Of a stretch of 32,000 bases of DNA, positions 1-7,276 are shown piece after piece. The notes under the pieces are model-generated. The model searched no databases. It had not been told where the DNA came from and saw nothing but the letters and a program-made list of their open reading frames with translations. This DNA is from Tannockella kyphosi (GTDB taxonomy: Bacteria > Bacillota_I > Bacilli_A > Erysipelotrichales > Coprobacillaceae): positions 1,890,001 to 1,922,000 of the forward strand of contig NZ_CP088239.1 of NCBI RefSeq assembly GCF_021054785.1. The letters run 5' to 3'. The translations under genes and the position numbers were made by a program. Position 1 is the first letter of the stretch, and each line of letters opens with the position of its first letter.

Positions 1-766
1 TGGCATAAACCTTTAAAACATCTTCAATCGTCATTACTTGTTTTTCTTCTTTTTCAATTTCTTTAATAATTCTTCCTTCTGCCATTACTAACATACGATC
101 TCCATACTGTAATGCATGTTCAATATTATGAGTAATCATAATACAAGTCATATGATTTTCTTCAATAATCTCTTTTGTTATATGCATTACTTGTTTTGCA
201 GTCTTAGGATCTAAGGCTGCTGTATGTTCATCTAGTAATAATAACTTAGGTGGATTCATAGTAGCCATTGTTAAAGTTAAAGCCTGTCTTTGACCCCCAG
301 ATAACAATCCTACTTTATTTGTCATTCTTGTTTCTAATCCTAAATCTAGTTTCTTAACATAATTAACAAACAATTCTTTTTCTTCTTTTGTTCTACCTAA
401 CTTCAAATACTTTTGATACAAACTAGCTTTCTTTACACCTCTACCATAAGCAAGCGATAGATTTTCTTCTAATGTCATATTGGGTGCCGTCCCTTTTAAA
501 GGATCTTGAAATAGTCTTCCAATATCACCAGCTCTTTGATGTTCTTTTAGTTTTGTAATATCATTTCCATCTAAAACAATACTTCCTTTATCTATCTCTA
601 ATGTTCCTGCTATTACATTTAATAAAGTCGATTTACCAGCTCCATTACTCCCAATAACCGTAATAAATTCACCTTTTTTAATATCTAAATGGATATCTTG
701 TAAAGCTTTCTTTTCATTTACTGTACCACCATGAAAGGTAATACAAACATTATCTAATTTTAACAT
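1..766 (-). CDS. ABC transporter ATP-binding subunit (COG1101-like), third gene of the T-box-controlled uptake operon; C-terminus cut by the window edge
   Basis: Absent from the ORF track because it runs off the window. Reverse-strand ATG at 766-764, 1 nt after the permease stop. My translation is MLKLDNVCITFHGGTVNEKKALQDIHLDIKKGEFITVIGSNGAGKSTLLN... It has Walker A GSNGAGKST (about 610-640), ABC signature LSGGQRQ (about 285-305) and Walker B LLLLDEH (about 230-250). Confidence 0.9.
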   Translation of the reverse strand, partial: MLKLDNVCITFHGGTVNEKKALQDIHLDIKKGEFITVIGSNGAGKSTLLNVIAGTLEIDKGSIVLDGNDITKLKEHQRAGDIGRLFQDPLKGTAPNMTLEENLSLAYGRGVKKASLYQKYLKLGRTKEEKELFVNYVKKLDLGLETRMTNKVGLLSGGQRQALTLTMATMNPPKLLLLDEHTAALDPKTAKQVMHITKEIIEENHMTCIMITHNIEHALQYGDRMLVMAEGRIIKEIEKEEKQVMTIEDVLKVYA

Positions 767-767
767 T

Positions 768-1652
768 TTATTTCCCTTTCTTTGATAAATACATTTGAAT
801 TGTTGGTAAACTGATAACAAAGGCTACAAAGATAGCACTCAATAATTTCCAATCATTTGGATTCATCCCCATACTCAATACATAAGTTAATAATAAACGA
901 TATAAAACAGATCCTATTGTCAAAGCAATAATACTTTGTAAGATTGATTTTTTACCAAATATTGTTTCCCCAATAATAATCCCTGTTAATCCAACAATCA
1001 TCATCCCAATCCCTAAATCCATATCAAAGAATAATTGATATTGTGTATAAATAGCAGCAGCTAGTGCTACTAATCCATTCGCTAATCCTAGTCCTAATAA
1101 TTTCATACGATCGGTATTAATCGAAGATGCACGAACCATATGTTCATTATCTCCCGTAGCACGCAGTGCTAAGCCAACTGGTGTTTTGAAAAATAAAACA
1201 ACCAACATCAATATCACACCACTAACTAACGCTAATAAAACTAAATCACTAAACTTACCAAACATTCCATTTGTGATTGTTTCAAATAAACTATAAATAG
1301 TATCTTTTCCAAATAAGGAGAAGTTTGGTTTATCACCAGCAACTCGTAAGTTAATTGAATAAAGACCTGTCATTGTGATAATTCCAGCTAAAATATATTG
1401 TACTTTCATTTTGGTGTGTAAAAATCCTGTGCACAATCCTGCCAAAACTCCTGCCATGAAACCGACAGCTACTCCAATAACAGGATGACCATAATACGCT
1501 AAAATAGCGCCACTTGCACATCCTAATGTGAAGCTTCCATCCACTGTTAAATCAGGGAAGTCCATTACTCGAAAAGTAATGAACACACCTGATGACATAA
1601 TTGCGAAGATTAGACCTAATTCAATTGCACCTATAATTGTTGATAATGTCAT
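768..1652 (-). CDS. ABC transporter permease (COG4120-like)
   Basis: 294-aa polytopic hydrophobic protein. SD AGAGGT lies upstream of the ATG at 1652. There is a 9-nt gap to the binding-protein gene and a 1-nt gap to the ATPase gene. TAA stop. Confidence 0.88.
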   Translation of the reverse strand: MTLSTIIGAIELGLIFAIMSSGVFITFRVMDFPDLTVDGSFTLGCASGAILAYYGHPVIGVAVGFMAGVLAGLCTGFLHTKMKVQYILAGIITMTGLYSINLRVAGDKPNFSLFGKDTIYSLFETITNGMFGKFSDLVLLALVSGVILMLVVLFFKTPVGLALRATGDNEHMVRASSINTDRMKLLGLGLANGLVALAAAIYTQYQLFFDMDLGIGMMIVGLTGIIIGETIFGKKSILQSIIALTIGSVLYRLLLTYVLSMGMNPNDWKLLSAIFVAFVISLPTIQMYLSKKGK

Positions 1653-1661
1653 ATTGTACCT

Positions 1662-2642
1662 CTATTCAAATATTTCTACTGTATAATTTTCTTGCACTGC
1701 TTCTAAACCATCAAATCCAATTGAATCTGCTGTTGTTTGATTCATATAAACAATTAAATCTTCATTAAATACTGCTACTGGTATTTCACTAACATCACTT
1801 CCAGCTAAAATATCTAAAACCATTTCTCCTGTAGTCGTTCCAAGTTGTTCATAGTTAATTCCATAAGCCATAAATCCACCATCACTAACCATTGAATCTG
1901 CACCACAGAAAATTGCTTTCCCTGCATCTTTACACATTTCACTTACTTGAGTCATTGCAGAAGCGATTGTATTATCTGTTGGTGAAAATACTACATCTAC
2001 TTTATCTAAAGAAGTACTTAGAGCAGTACTAATATCTGCTGTTCCCGTTACTCCAATTTTTACTACTTCCATTCCAGCTGCATTTGCATATTCTTCAAAT
2101 TTTTCTAAAGAAGATACAGAGTTTGCTTCTCCTGTGTTATATAAAAAACCAATTGTTTGTGTATCACTATAAACCTCTTGAATTAAAGCTACTATTTCAT
2201 CTAATGCCAATGCATCACTAGTTCCTGTAATATTTAAATCAGGTGCACTTGTATCATTTACTAATCCAGCATCTACTGGATCTTCTACTGCCGCAAATAC
2301 AACTGGTACATCACTAGCAAATTGTGCACAAGCTTGTGCTGTTGGTGTTGCAATAGCAACAATAACATCTGCTCCTTGTGATATTACTTGCTCAACTAGA
2401 GTTGTCATTATTGAAGTATCTCCGGCTGCATTTTTATAAATAATTTCAATATCTTGTCCACTATTTTCAATAGCTACCGTAATTGCATCTTCAATTGCAT
2501 CTAATGAAGTATGCTCCGTATACTTAATAATTCCTACCGTCATTGTTTCCTCTTCACTCTCACTACTACATCCAAACATCGTTACTGCCATCATCATACA
2601 TAAAACTAATTTCACTACTCTTTTCATCTTTCTTTTCTCCAT
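1662..2642 (-). CDS. ABC transporter substrate-binding lipoprotein (COG2984 / ABC_sub_bind family), predicted tryptophan-binding from its T-box leader
   Basis: N-terminal signal peptide with lipobox (..AVTMFG|CSS). The periplasmic-binding-fold-like remainder is rich in G/A/V/D. The likely true start is the ATG at 2627 (MKRVVKLVL...), 9 nt after a GGAG. The 2642 ATG sits only 2-3 nt after its GGAG. Confidence 0.85.
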   Translation of the reverse strand: MEKRKMKRVVKLVLCMMMAVTMFGCSSESEEETMTVGIIKYTEHTSLDAIEDAITVAIENSGQDIEIIYKNAAGDTSIMTTLVEQVISQGADVIVAIATPTAQACAQFASDVPVVFAAVEDPVDAGLVNDTSAPDLNITGTSDALALDEIVALIQEVYSDTQTIGFLYNTGEANSVSSLEKFEEYANAAGMEVVKIGVTGTADISTALSTSLDKVDVVFSPTDNTIASAMTQVSEMCKDAGKAIFCGADSMVSDGGFMAYGINYEQLGTTTGEMVLDILAGSDVSEIPVAVFNEDLIVYMNQTTADSIGFDGLEAVQENYTVEIFE

Positions 2643-2670
2643 TTCTCCCGCACTGAAGAATTCCCATAAT

Positions 2671-2709
2671 AAACAAAAAACACCTATCCTAATGCAAGGA
2701 TAAGTGTAC
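2671..2709 (-). terminator. Intrinsic terminator (attenuator) of the T-box leader
   Basis: Minus strand CACUUAUCCU-UGCAUU-AGGAUAGGUG (10 bp including one G-U), followed by UUUUUUGUUU. It lies about 30 nt upstream of the binding-protein start codon. Confidence 0.85.
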
Positions 2710-2920
2710 TTAAAATCTTATTTAGCCACCTTGTTTATGGTTTCTTCAAAATGCTATCACATTTTTTCCCTGATAACGTAGGTAAACGTCTTCCATACTA
2801 ACTAAAAGCTTTCAGGTCGCCCTCACGGATCCATTTGTCAAGATGCATACTGTAAACATTCCACCATTTGTCTACTCTCTATAAGCGCTATACTTGTTTT
2901 ATCTTCCGTTCATTGGTTTA
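2671..2920 (-). promoter_or_regulatory. T-box riboswitch leader, specifier codon UGG (Trp)
   Basis: Read on the minus strand. Stem I base helix is ACGGA (2909-2905) paired with UCCGU (2829-2825), flanked by UGA/GA K-turn-like purines. AGUA and AGAGAG boxes are present (AGAGAG = 2880-2875), with GGUGGAA in the distal region (2865-2859). The specifier loop 3' side reads CAAA-UGG-A immediately before the closing helix (UGG = 2833-2831). Antiterminator: CAAGG (2733-2729), 7-nt bulge UGGCUAA (UGGC = 2728-2725), AUAAG, loop, CUUAU-CCUUG. The antiterminator 3' strand is shared with the 5' arm of the terminator hairpin. Confidence 0.85.
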
Positions 2921-2924
2921 TCCC

Positions 2925-2954
2925 ATTATATTCTATCTAAAAACAAAATGTCAA
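2925..2954 (-). promoter_or_regulatory. Sigma-A type promoter of the T-box / ABC operon
   Basis: Minus strand TTGACA (2954-2949), 18-nt spacer, TATAAT (2930-2925). Confidence 0.7.
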
Positions 2955-2994
2955 TTCCAAAGCACTATGTTTTTATAAAAAAACAATAAAATAG

Positions 2995-3846
2995 CTACGA
3001 AACACTCTTTTTACTTCCAAAAAAGACAATACATCCAGCTACAATAACTAATGATGATCCTACAATTGAATTCCATTGTACAGTTTGACCTAAGAAAATA
3101 TAACCAAAAATCATTGAAAAAATAATCCCTGAATAATTATAAATACTTATTTCTGAAGCTTTTGCAAGCGCATAAGAATGGGTTAAAGCAATCTGCCCTA
3201 GCGCTGCAAAGATACCAATACATACTAATAAAACAACTTCTAATAAGGTTGGCATAACACAATTCATAGCCATCAACGGTAGTGTTACTACCGTTGAAAA
3301 GAAGGAGAAGTAAAAGATAATTACTTCTGGTACTTCTTTTCCTTTTAAAGCACCAATCATAGTATAGGCCATACCTGAGAATACAGCAGCTACCATAGCT
3401 ACTAATATTGGTACAATATCTGAGTTAAATTCTGGATTAGCAACAAAGGCTGCTCCTAGAAAAGCAACGAGTAAACCAATAATTTGATACTTTGTAATCT
3501 TTTCTTTTAAAAATAAAAAAGCTAAAACGGTTACTACAAAGGGTGACATTTTTAATATCGTAGAAACATCTCCTTGATTCCCATTTCCTGATGCATAAAA
3601 AGTAGTAATCATCCCTAAATAACCAAACGAAGCTCTTAAAAATAATTTAACCTGATTTTCTTTTTTTCCAAACAATTTTACTTTTTTATTTCTAAGTGCC
3701 ATAAAAGCAACAAATGTAGCTACTAAGTTTCTAAAAAATAACTGTTCAAACAAAGGGATTGTTGCAGATGTACTAGCAACAAATATTTGCATTAATGAAA
3801 ATGATGCTGCTGACATTAACATTAATATAACTGCTTTTAATTTCAT
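2995..3846 (-). CDS. EamA/DMT-superfamily transporter (10-TM permease)
   Basis: 283-aa polytopic protein with two internally similar hydrophobic halves, as is typical of EamA repeats. SD AGAGGT lies before the ATG at 3846. TAG stop. Confidence 0.8.
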   Translation of the reverse strand: MKLKAVILMLMSAASFSLMQIFVASTSATIPLFEQLFFRNLVATFVAFMALRNKKVKLFGKKENQVKLFLRASFGYLGMITTFYASGNGNQGDVSTILKMSPFVVTVLAFLFLKEKITKYQIIGLLVAFLGAAFVANPEFNSDIVPILVAMVAAVFSGMAYTMIGALKGKEVPEVIIFYFSFFSTVVTLPLMAMNCVMPTLLEVVLLVCIGIFAALGQIALTHSYALAKASEISIYNYSGIIFSMIFGYIFLGQTVQWNSIVGSSLVIVAGCIVFFGSKKSVS

Positions 3847-3875
3847 AAAATACCTCTTTTCTTAAACTGTTGTTC

Positions 3876-3904
3876 ATTATACACCAAATCATGAAATATA
3901 GAAA
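3876..3904 (-). promoter_or_regulatory. Candidate promoter for the EamA gene
   Basis: Minus strand TTTCTA (3904-3899), 17 nt, TATAAT (3881-3876), located just after the trxB terminator. The -35 element is weak. Confidence 0.35.
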
Positions 3905-3939
3905 CTTATTTGATTAGTTTAACATACACTTCTTTATTA

Positions 3940-3968
3940 ACAAAAAATCACTACTTTTGTAGTGATTG
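3940..3968 (-). terminator. Intrinsic terminator ending the ctp-uvrB-...-trxB unit
   Basis: Minus strand AAUCACUAC-AAAA-GUAGUGAUU followed by UUUUUG. The hairpin overlaps the last codons and the TAG stop of trxB. Confidence 0.75.
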
Positions 3969-4874
3969 ATCTTGTAATAATTCACTCATATATTGCCCTG
4001 CAATCGCACCATCATTGGTTGCAGTAACAACTTGACGTAATACTTTATCAATAACATCTCCTGCTCCAAAGATACCTTTTACATTTGTTTCCATATGTTT
4101 ATCCACTTCTATATAACCTACTTTATTTGTAATTCCTAAATGACTTACAAAACTAGTAATTGGGTCTAATCCAACATAAGGGAATATCCCTTTTACAGGA
4201 AGATTCATAGTTTCACTTGTTTGACTATGTTCTAATACTAATCCTGCTACTTTGTTATTTTCTTCTATAATTTCAATAGGTTTTTGTAAAAAATGAATCT
4301 TGATTTTATCATTTGCTTTGATTTTATCTTGGACTATCTTATCTGCTCTAAATTGATCACGACGGACAATTAAATGAACAATACTAGCAAACTTTGTTAA
4401 ATAGTTTGCTTCTTCTAATGCTGAATTTCCACCACCAATAACAGCTACTTCTTCTTCTTTAAAGAAAGGTCCATCACATACAGCACAATAAGAAATTCCT
4501 TTACCAGTTAATTCTTCTTCTTTTTCTAACCCTAATTTTCTTTCTACTGTCCCACTAGCAACTAATACCATTCTCGCTTCATAAGTTTTATCAGTTGTCA
4601 CTACAACCTTATAATCACCTAAATCTTCTACCTTTTCAACCAAACCATATTCATAACTAGCCCCAAAAGCCAATCCATGCTCAAACATTTGATAAGCAAG
4701 ATCTGGTCCTGCTACCTTTTTTTGTCCTGGCCAGTTTTCTATTTCCGCACTAACATTTAATTTCCCACCAGGAGCAGCTCCATCTAACATAAGAACACTA
4801 GCTCCCGCTCTAGAAGCATATAATGCTGCTGATAAACCAGCTGGTCCAGCTCCAATAATTATAATATCTATCAT
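3951..4874 (-). CDS. trxB: Thioredoxin-disulfide reductase
   Basis: FAD motif GAGPAG near the N-terminus, redox-active CAVCDG, and NADPH motif GGGNSALEEA. The ORF track starts at a GTG (4883). The ATG at 4874 (MIDIIIIGAG) sits 9 nt after AAGGTGA and 1 nt after the ppaX TAA. Confidence 0.93.
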   Translation of the reverse strand: MIDIIIIGAGPAGLSAALYASRAGASVLMLDGAAPGGKLNVSAEIENWPGQKKVAGPDLAYQMFEHGLAFGASYEYGLVEKVEDLGDYKVVVTTDKTYEARMVLVASGTVERKLGLEKEEELTGKGISYCAVCDGPFFKEEEVAVIGGGNSALEEANYLTKFASIVHLIVRRDQFRADKIVQDKIKANDKIKIHFLQKPIEIIEENNKVAGLVLEHSQTSETMNLPVKGIFPYVGLDPITSFVSHLGITNKVGYIEVDKHMETNVKGIFGAGDVIDKVLRQVVTATNDGAIAGQYMSELLQDQSLQK

Positions 4875-4875
4875 T

Positions 4876-5526
4876 TTATTCACTCACCTTTTCAATAAAT
4901 GGAATAATTTCTTCCATTTTATCCACTAATAAATCTGGGTTTAACGCTTCTAAATGGGCATATCCTTTTGGTGACCATTTAATAGCAATACTATGAATCG
5001 ATGCATTTTTAGCTGCTAATACATCGACGTCATTATCACCAATCATGACTGCACGATCAACACCCAATAATTCCATTGCTTTCAAAACTCCTTCAGGATT
5101 TGGTTTTGTAAGCGTTACATGATCTAAGCCAACAACTACATCAAAATATTGTGTTAAATCAAAAGTATCTAAACCAATCATTGCAGCTACGCTATATTTA
5201 GTCGTAACAATTGCCATTGGATACCCTTTTGCTTGTAAACTAGCTAACGTTTCACGGACAGTTTCATAAACATACACATATTTTTCATGATTCGCATGAT
5301 TAAATTCACGATAATAATCAATTAATTCCTCTGTCATACTAGGATCAAAATATCTTTCAAAAGAAGCTTTTAAAGAAGGTCCTAAAAAAGATAATAACTC
5401 TTCTCTACTTAATTCATATCCTGGTTTATATTTTTTAAACACAAACTGAAAAGTTTCTAATATCAATTCATCTGTATACAACACAGTTCCATCTAAATCA
5501 AATAGTACTCCGTACTTCTTAGACAT
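4876..5526 (-). CDS. ppaX: HAD-family pyrophosphatase PpaX-like
   Basis: 216 aa with HAD motif I FDLDGT, motif II VTTK and motif IV GDNDVD. By eye it is collinear with B. subtilis PpaX (also 216 aa from memory). It occupies the same hprK-lgt-ppaX context. It overlaps the lgt 3' end by 8 nt (ATGTCTAA). Confidence 0.75.
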   Translation of the reverse strand: MSKKYGVLFDLDGTVLYTDELILETFQFVFKKYKPGYELSREELLSFLGPSLKASFERYFDPSMTEELIDYYREFNHANHEKYVYVYETVRETLASLQAKGYPMAIVTTKYSVAAMIGLDTFDLTQYFDVVVGLDHVTLTKPNPEGVLKAMELLGVDRAVMIGDNDVDVLAAKNASIHSIAIKWSPKGYAHLEALNPDLLVDKMEEIIPFIEKVSE

Positions 5527-6328
5527 CCTTTACCTCCATTTTTTTATATCTCTGATAAGCCCACACACACCCTATCACACCAAACACTACAAAACCAATA
5601 GATGTTAATTGTGCTGTACGCATACCCATCCAATATAAACTATCCGTTCTTAATCCTTCGACAAAGAAACGAACAATACCATACCAAATAAAATAACTAA
5701 AGAAAGCTACTCCTTGTACCTTTACATATTTTTTAACCACAAAATAAATAATTAAAAATCCTATTAAATTACCAATTCCTTCATATAAAAAAGTAGGATG
5801 ATAATAAACACCATCTATATACATTCCCTCAATAATAAAATTAGGTAAATGTAAACTTTGTAAAAACTCCAACGTAACTTCTCCACCATGTGCTTCTTGA
5901 TTTACAAAATTACCTATTCTACCAAAAACTTGTGATAATAATAAGTTTGGCATAATAACATCTCCAGCATACAGAAAATAAATATTTCTTTTTTTAAAAA
6001 ACCAATATCCAAATAGTACCCCTGCTACAATACCCCCTTGTATGGCAAGTCCACCATTATTAATCTTAAAAATATCCCAAAGATTATCTTTATATAATTC
6101 ATCAAACATAAACACAACATACCAAATACGAGCCCCTACAATCCCAACAACTAAAATACTTGCTAGAAAATCAGATGCCATTTCTTTATCATATCCAGCT
6201 TTTACAAACTCTTTTTTTGCAATCCAATAGGCTACAAAAGCTCCTATTATTATAAATACTGCATACCATTGTATCGTAATTGATCCAATCGATATAAATG
6301 TTTCTCTTGTCGGAAATAATTCCATCAT
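5519..6328 (-). CDS. lgt: Prolipoprotein diacylglyceryl transferase
   Basis: 269-aa polytopic protein with Lgt-like features (..IQWYAV.., GRIGNFVNQE, HPTFLYE). It lies directly downstream of hprK, as in Bacillus. Confidence 0.92.
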   Translation of the reverse strand: MMELFPTRETFISIGSITIQWYAVFIIIGAFVAYWIAKKEFVKAGYDKEMASDFLASILVVGIVGARIWYVVFMFDELYKDNLWDIFKINNGGLAIQGGIVAGVLFGYWFFKKRNIYFLYAGDVIMPNLLLSQVFGRIGNFVNQEAHGGEVTLEFLQSLHLPNFIIEGMYIDGVYYHPTFLYEGIGNLIGFLIIYFVVKKYVKVQGVAFFSYFIWYGIVRFFVEGLRTDSLYWMGMRTAQLTSIGFVVFGVIGCVWAYQRYKKMEVKDV

Positions 6329-6330
6329 CC

Positions 6331-7266
6331 TTACCCCTTATTATTATCAATATTTTTTAATATACGATCCACAAACTCTTTACTCGAATCAATACCACTT
6401 TCCTTTAATCTCATATTCATTACTGCAGATTCAATAATTACAGCCATACTACGACCACTAGATACTGGTACTACTACCTTTGGTACTTCCACACCTAAAA
6501 TAGTTTCTGTTACATCATCTTCCCCTACACCAATACGAGTATACTCTTTCGAAGGTACCCAACGATCCAATTGAATAATTAAGTTTACTTTATCACGATC
6601 TAAAATAGAACTAATACCAAACATCTTCGATACATCAATAACCCCAATTCCACGTATTTCTAATAAATTAAATAATACTTCTGGTGCTTTCCCAACAATA
6701 CTTTGTCCTAAATGATATAACTCTATTGCATCATCAGCAACTAATAAATGTCCTCTTTTTACTAGTTCTAACGCTATTTCTGATTTACCAATTCCACTAT
6801 CTCCTTTAATAATAACTCCCTTACCATAGATATTTAAGAACACACCATGCATTAATGTTTCTGGTGCTAATGCTTCATCTAAACGGTTTGTTAGTTCTAT
6901 TGCAATTCTTCCAGTAGGACTTTCTGTAATAAATATTGGAAAGTTCTTCTTTTGAGCTATTTCTTTTAAAATAGGTGGACATTCTTTGCCTTTGGCAATA
7001 ATAATACAAGGTGTTAAATCATCCGTAATTCGAGGGAAGATTAGTTTTTGACGCTCATCACCCATTTGATCAATAAAAGCACATTCCTTTTCTCCAAAAA
7101 TAATAATTCTTCTAAAATCACTATGTGTAAAAAATCCTGCTAATTCAAAACCAGGTCGATTAATTTCCGCAATATAAACAGGACGTTGCATTGCTGTACC
7201 ATCTCCTGTTACCTGTACAAATTCATTTTCTTTTAATAGTTTTTCTAATGTAATTGATTTTGACAT
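6331..7266 (-). CDS. hprK: HPr kinase/phosphorylase
   Basis: 311 aa with P-loop GDSGIGKSE and the HprK signature region ..LLEIRGIGVIDV... Confidence 0.95.
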   Translation of the reverse strand: MSKSITLEKLLKENEFVQVTGDGTAMQRPVYIAEINRPGFELAGFFTHSDFRRIIIFGEKECAFIDQMGDERQKLIFPRITDDLTPCIIIAKGKECPPILKEIAQKKNFPIFITESPTGRIAIELTNRLDEALAPETLMHGVFLNIYGKGVIIKGDSGIGKSEIALELVKRGHLLVADDAIELYHLGQSIVGKAPEVLFNLLEIRGIGVIDVSKMFGISSILDRDKVNLIIQLDRWVPSKEYTRIGVGEDDVTETILGVEVPKVVVPVSSGRSMAVIIESAVMNMRLKESGIDSSKEFVDRILKNIDNNKG

Positions 7267-7276
7267 CTTCTTATCC

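Noticed and set aside
6042-6230. 62-aa plus-strand ORF inside lgt. The same class includes 7855-8043, 8760-8951, 11364-11552, 11423-11665 and 12602-12799, which lie inside uvrA and uvrB.
   Set aside because: All are fully embedded in strongly conserved genes, either antisense or in another frame. They have low-complexity AT-driven composition, no SD, and no recognisable motifs. Such ORFs are expected by chance in AT-rich DNA.
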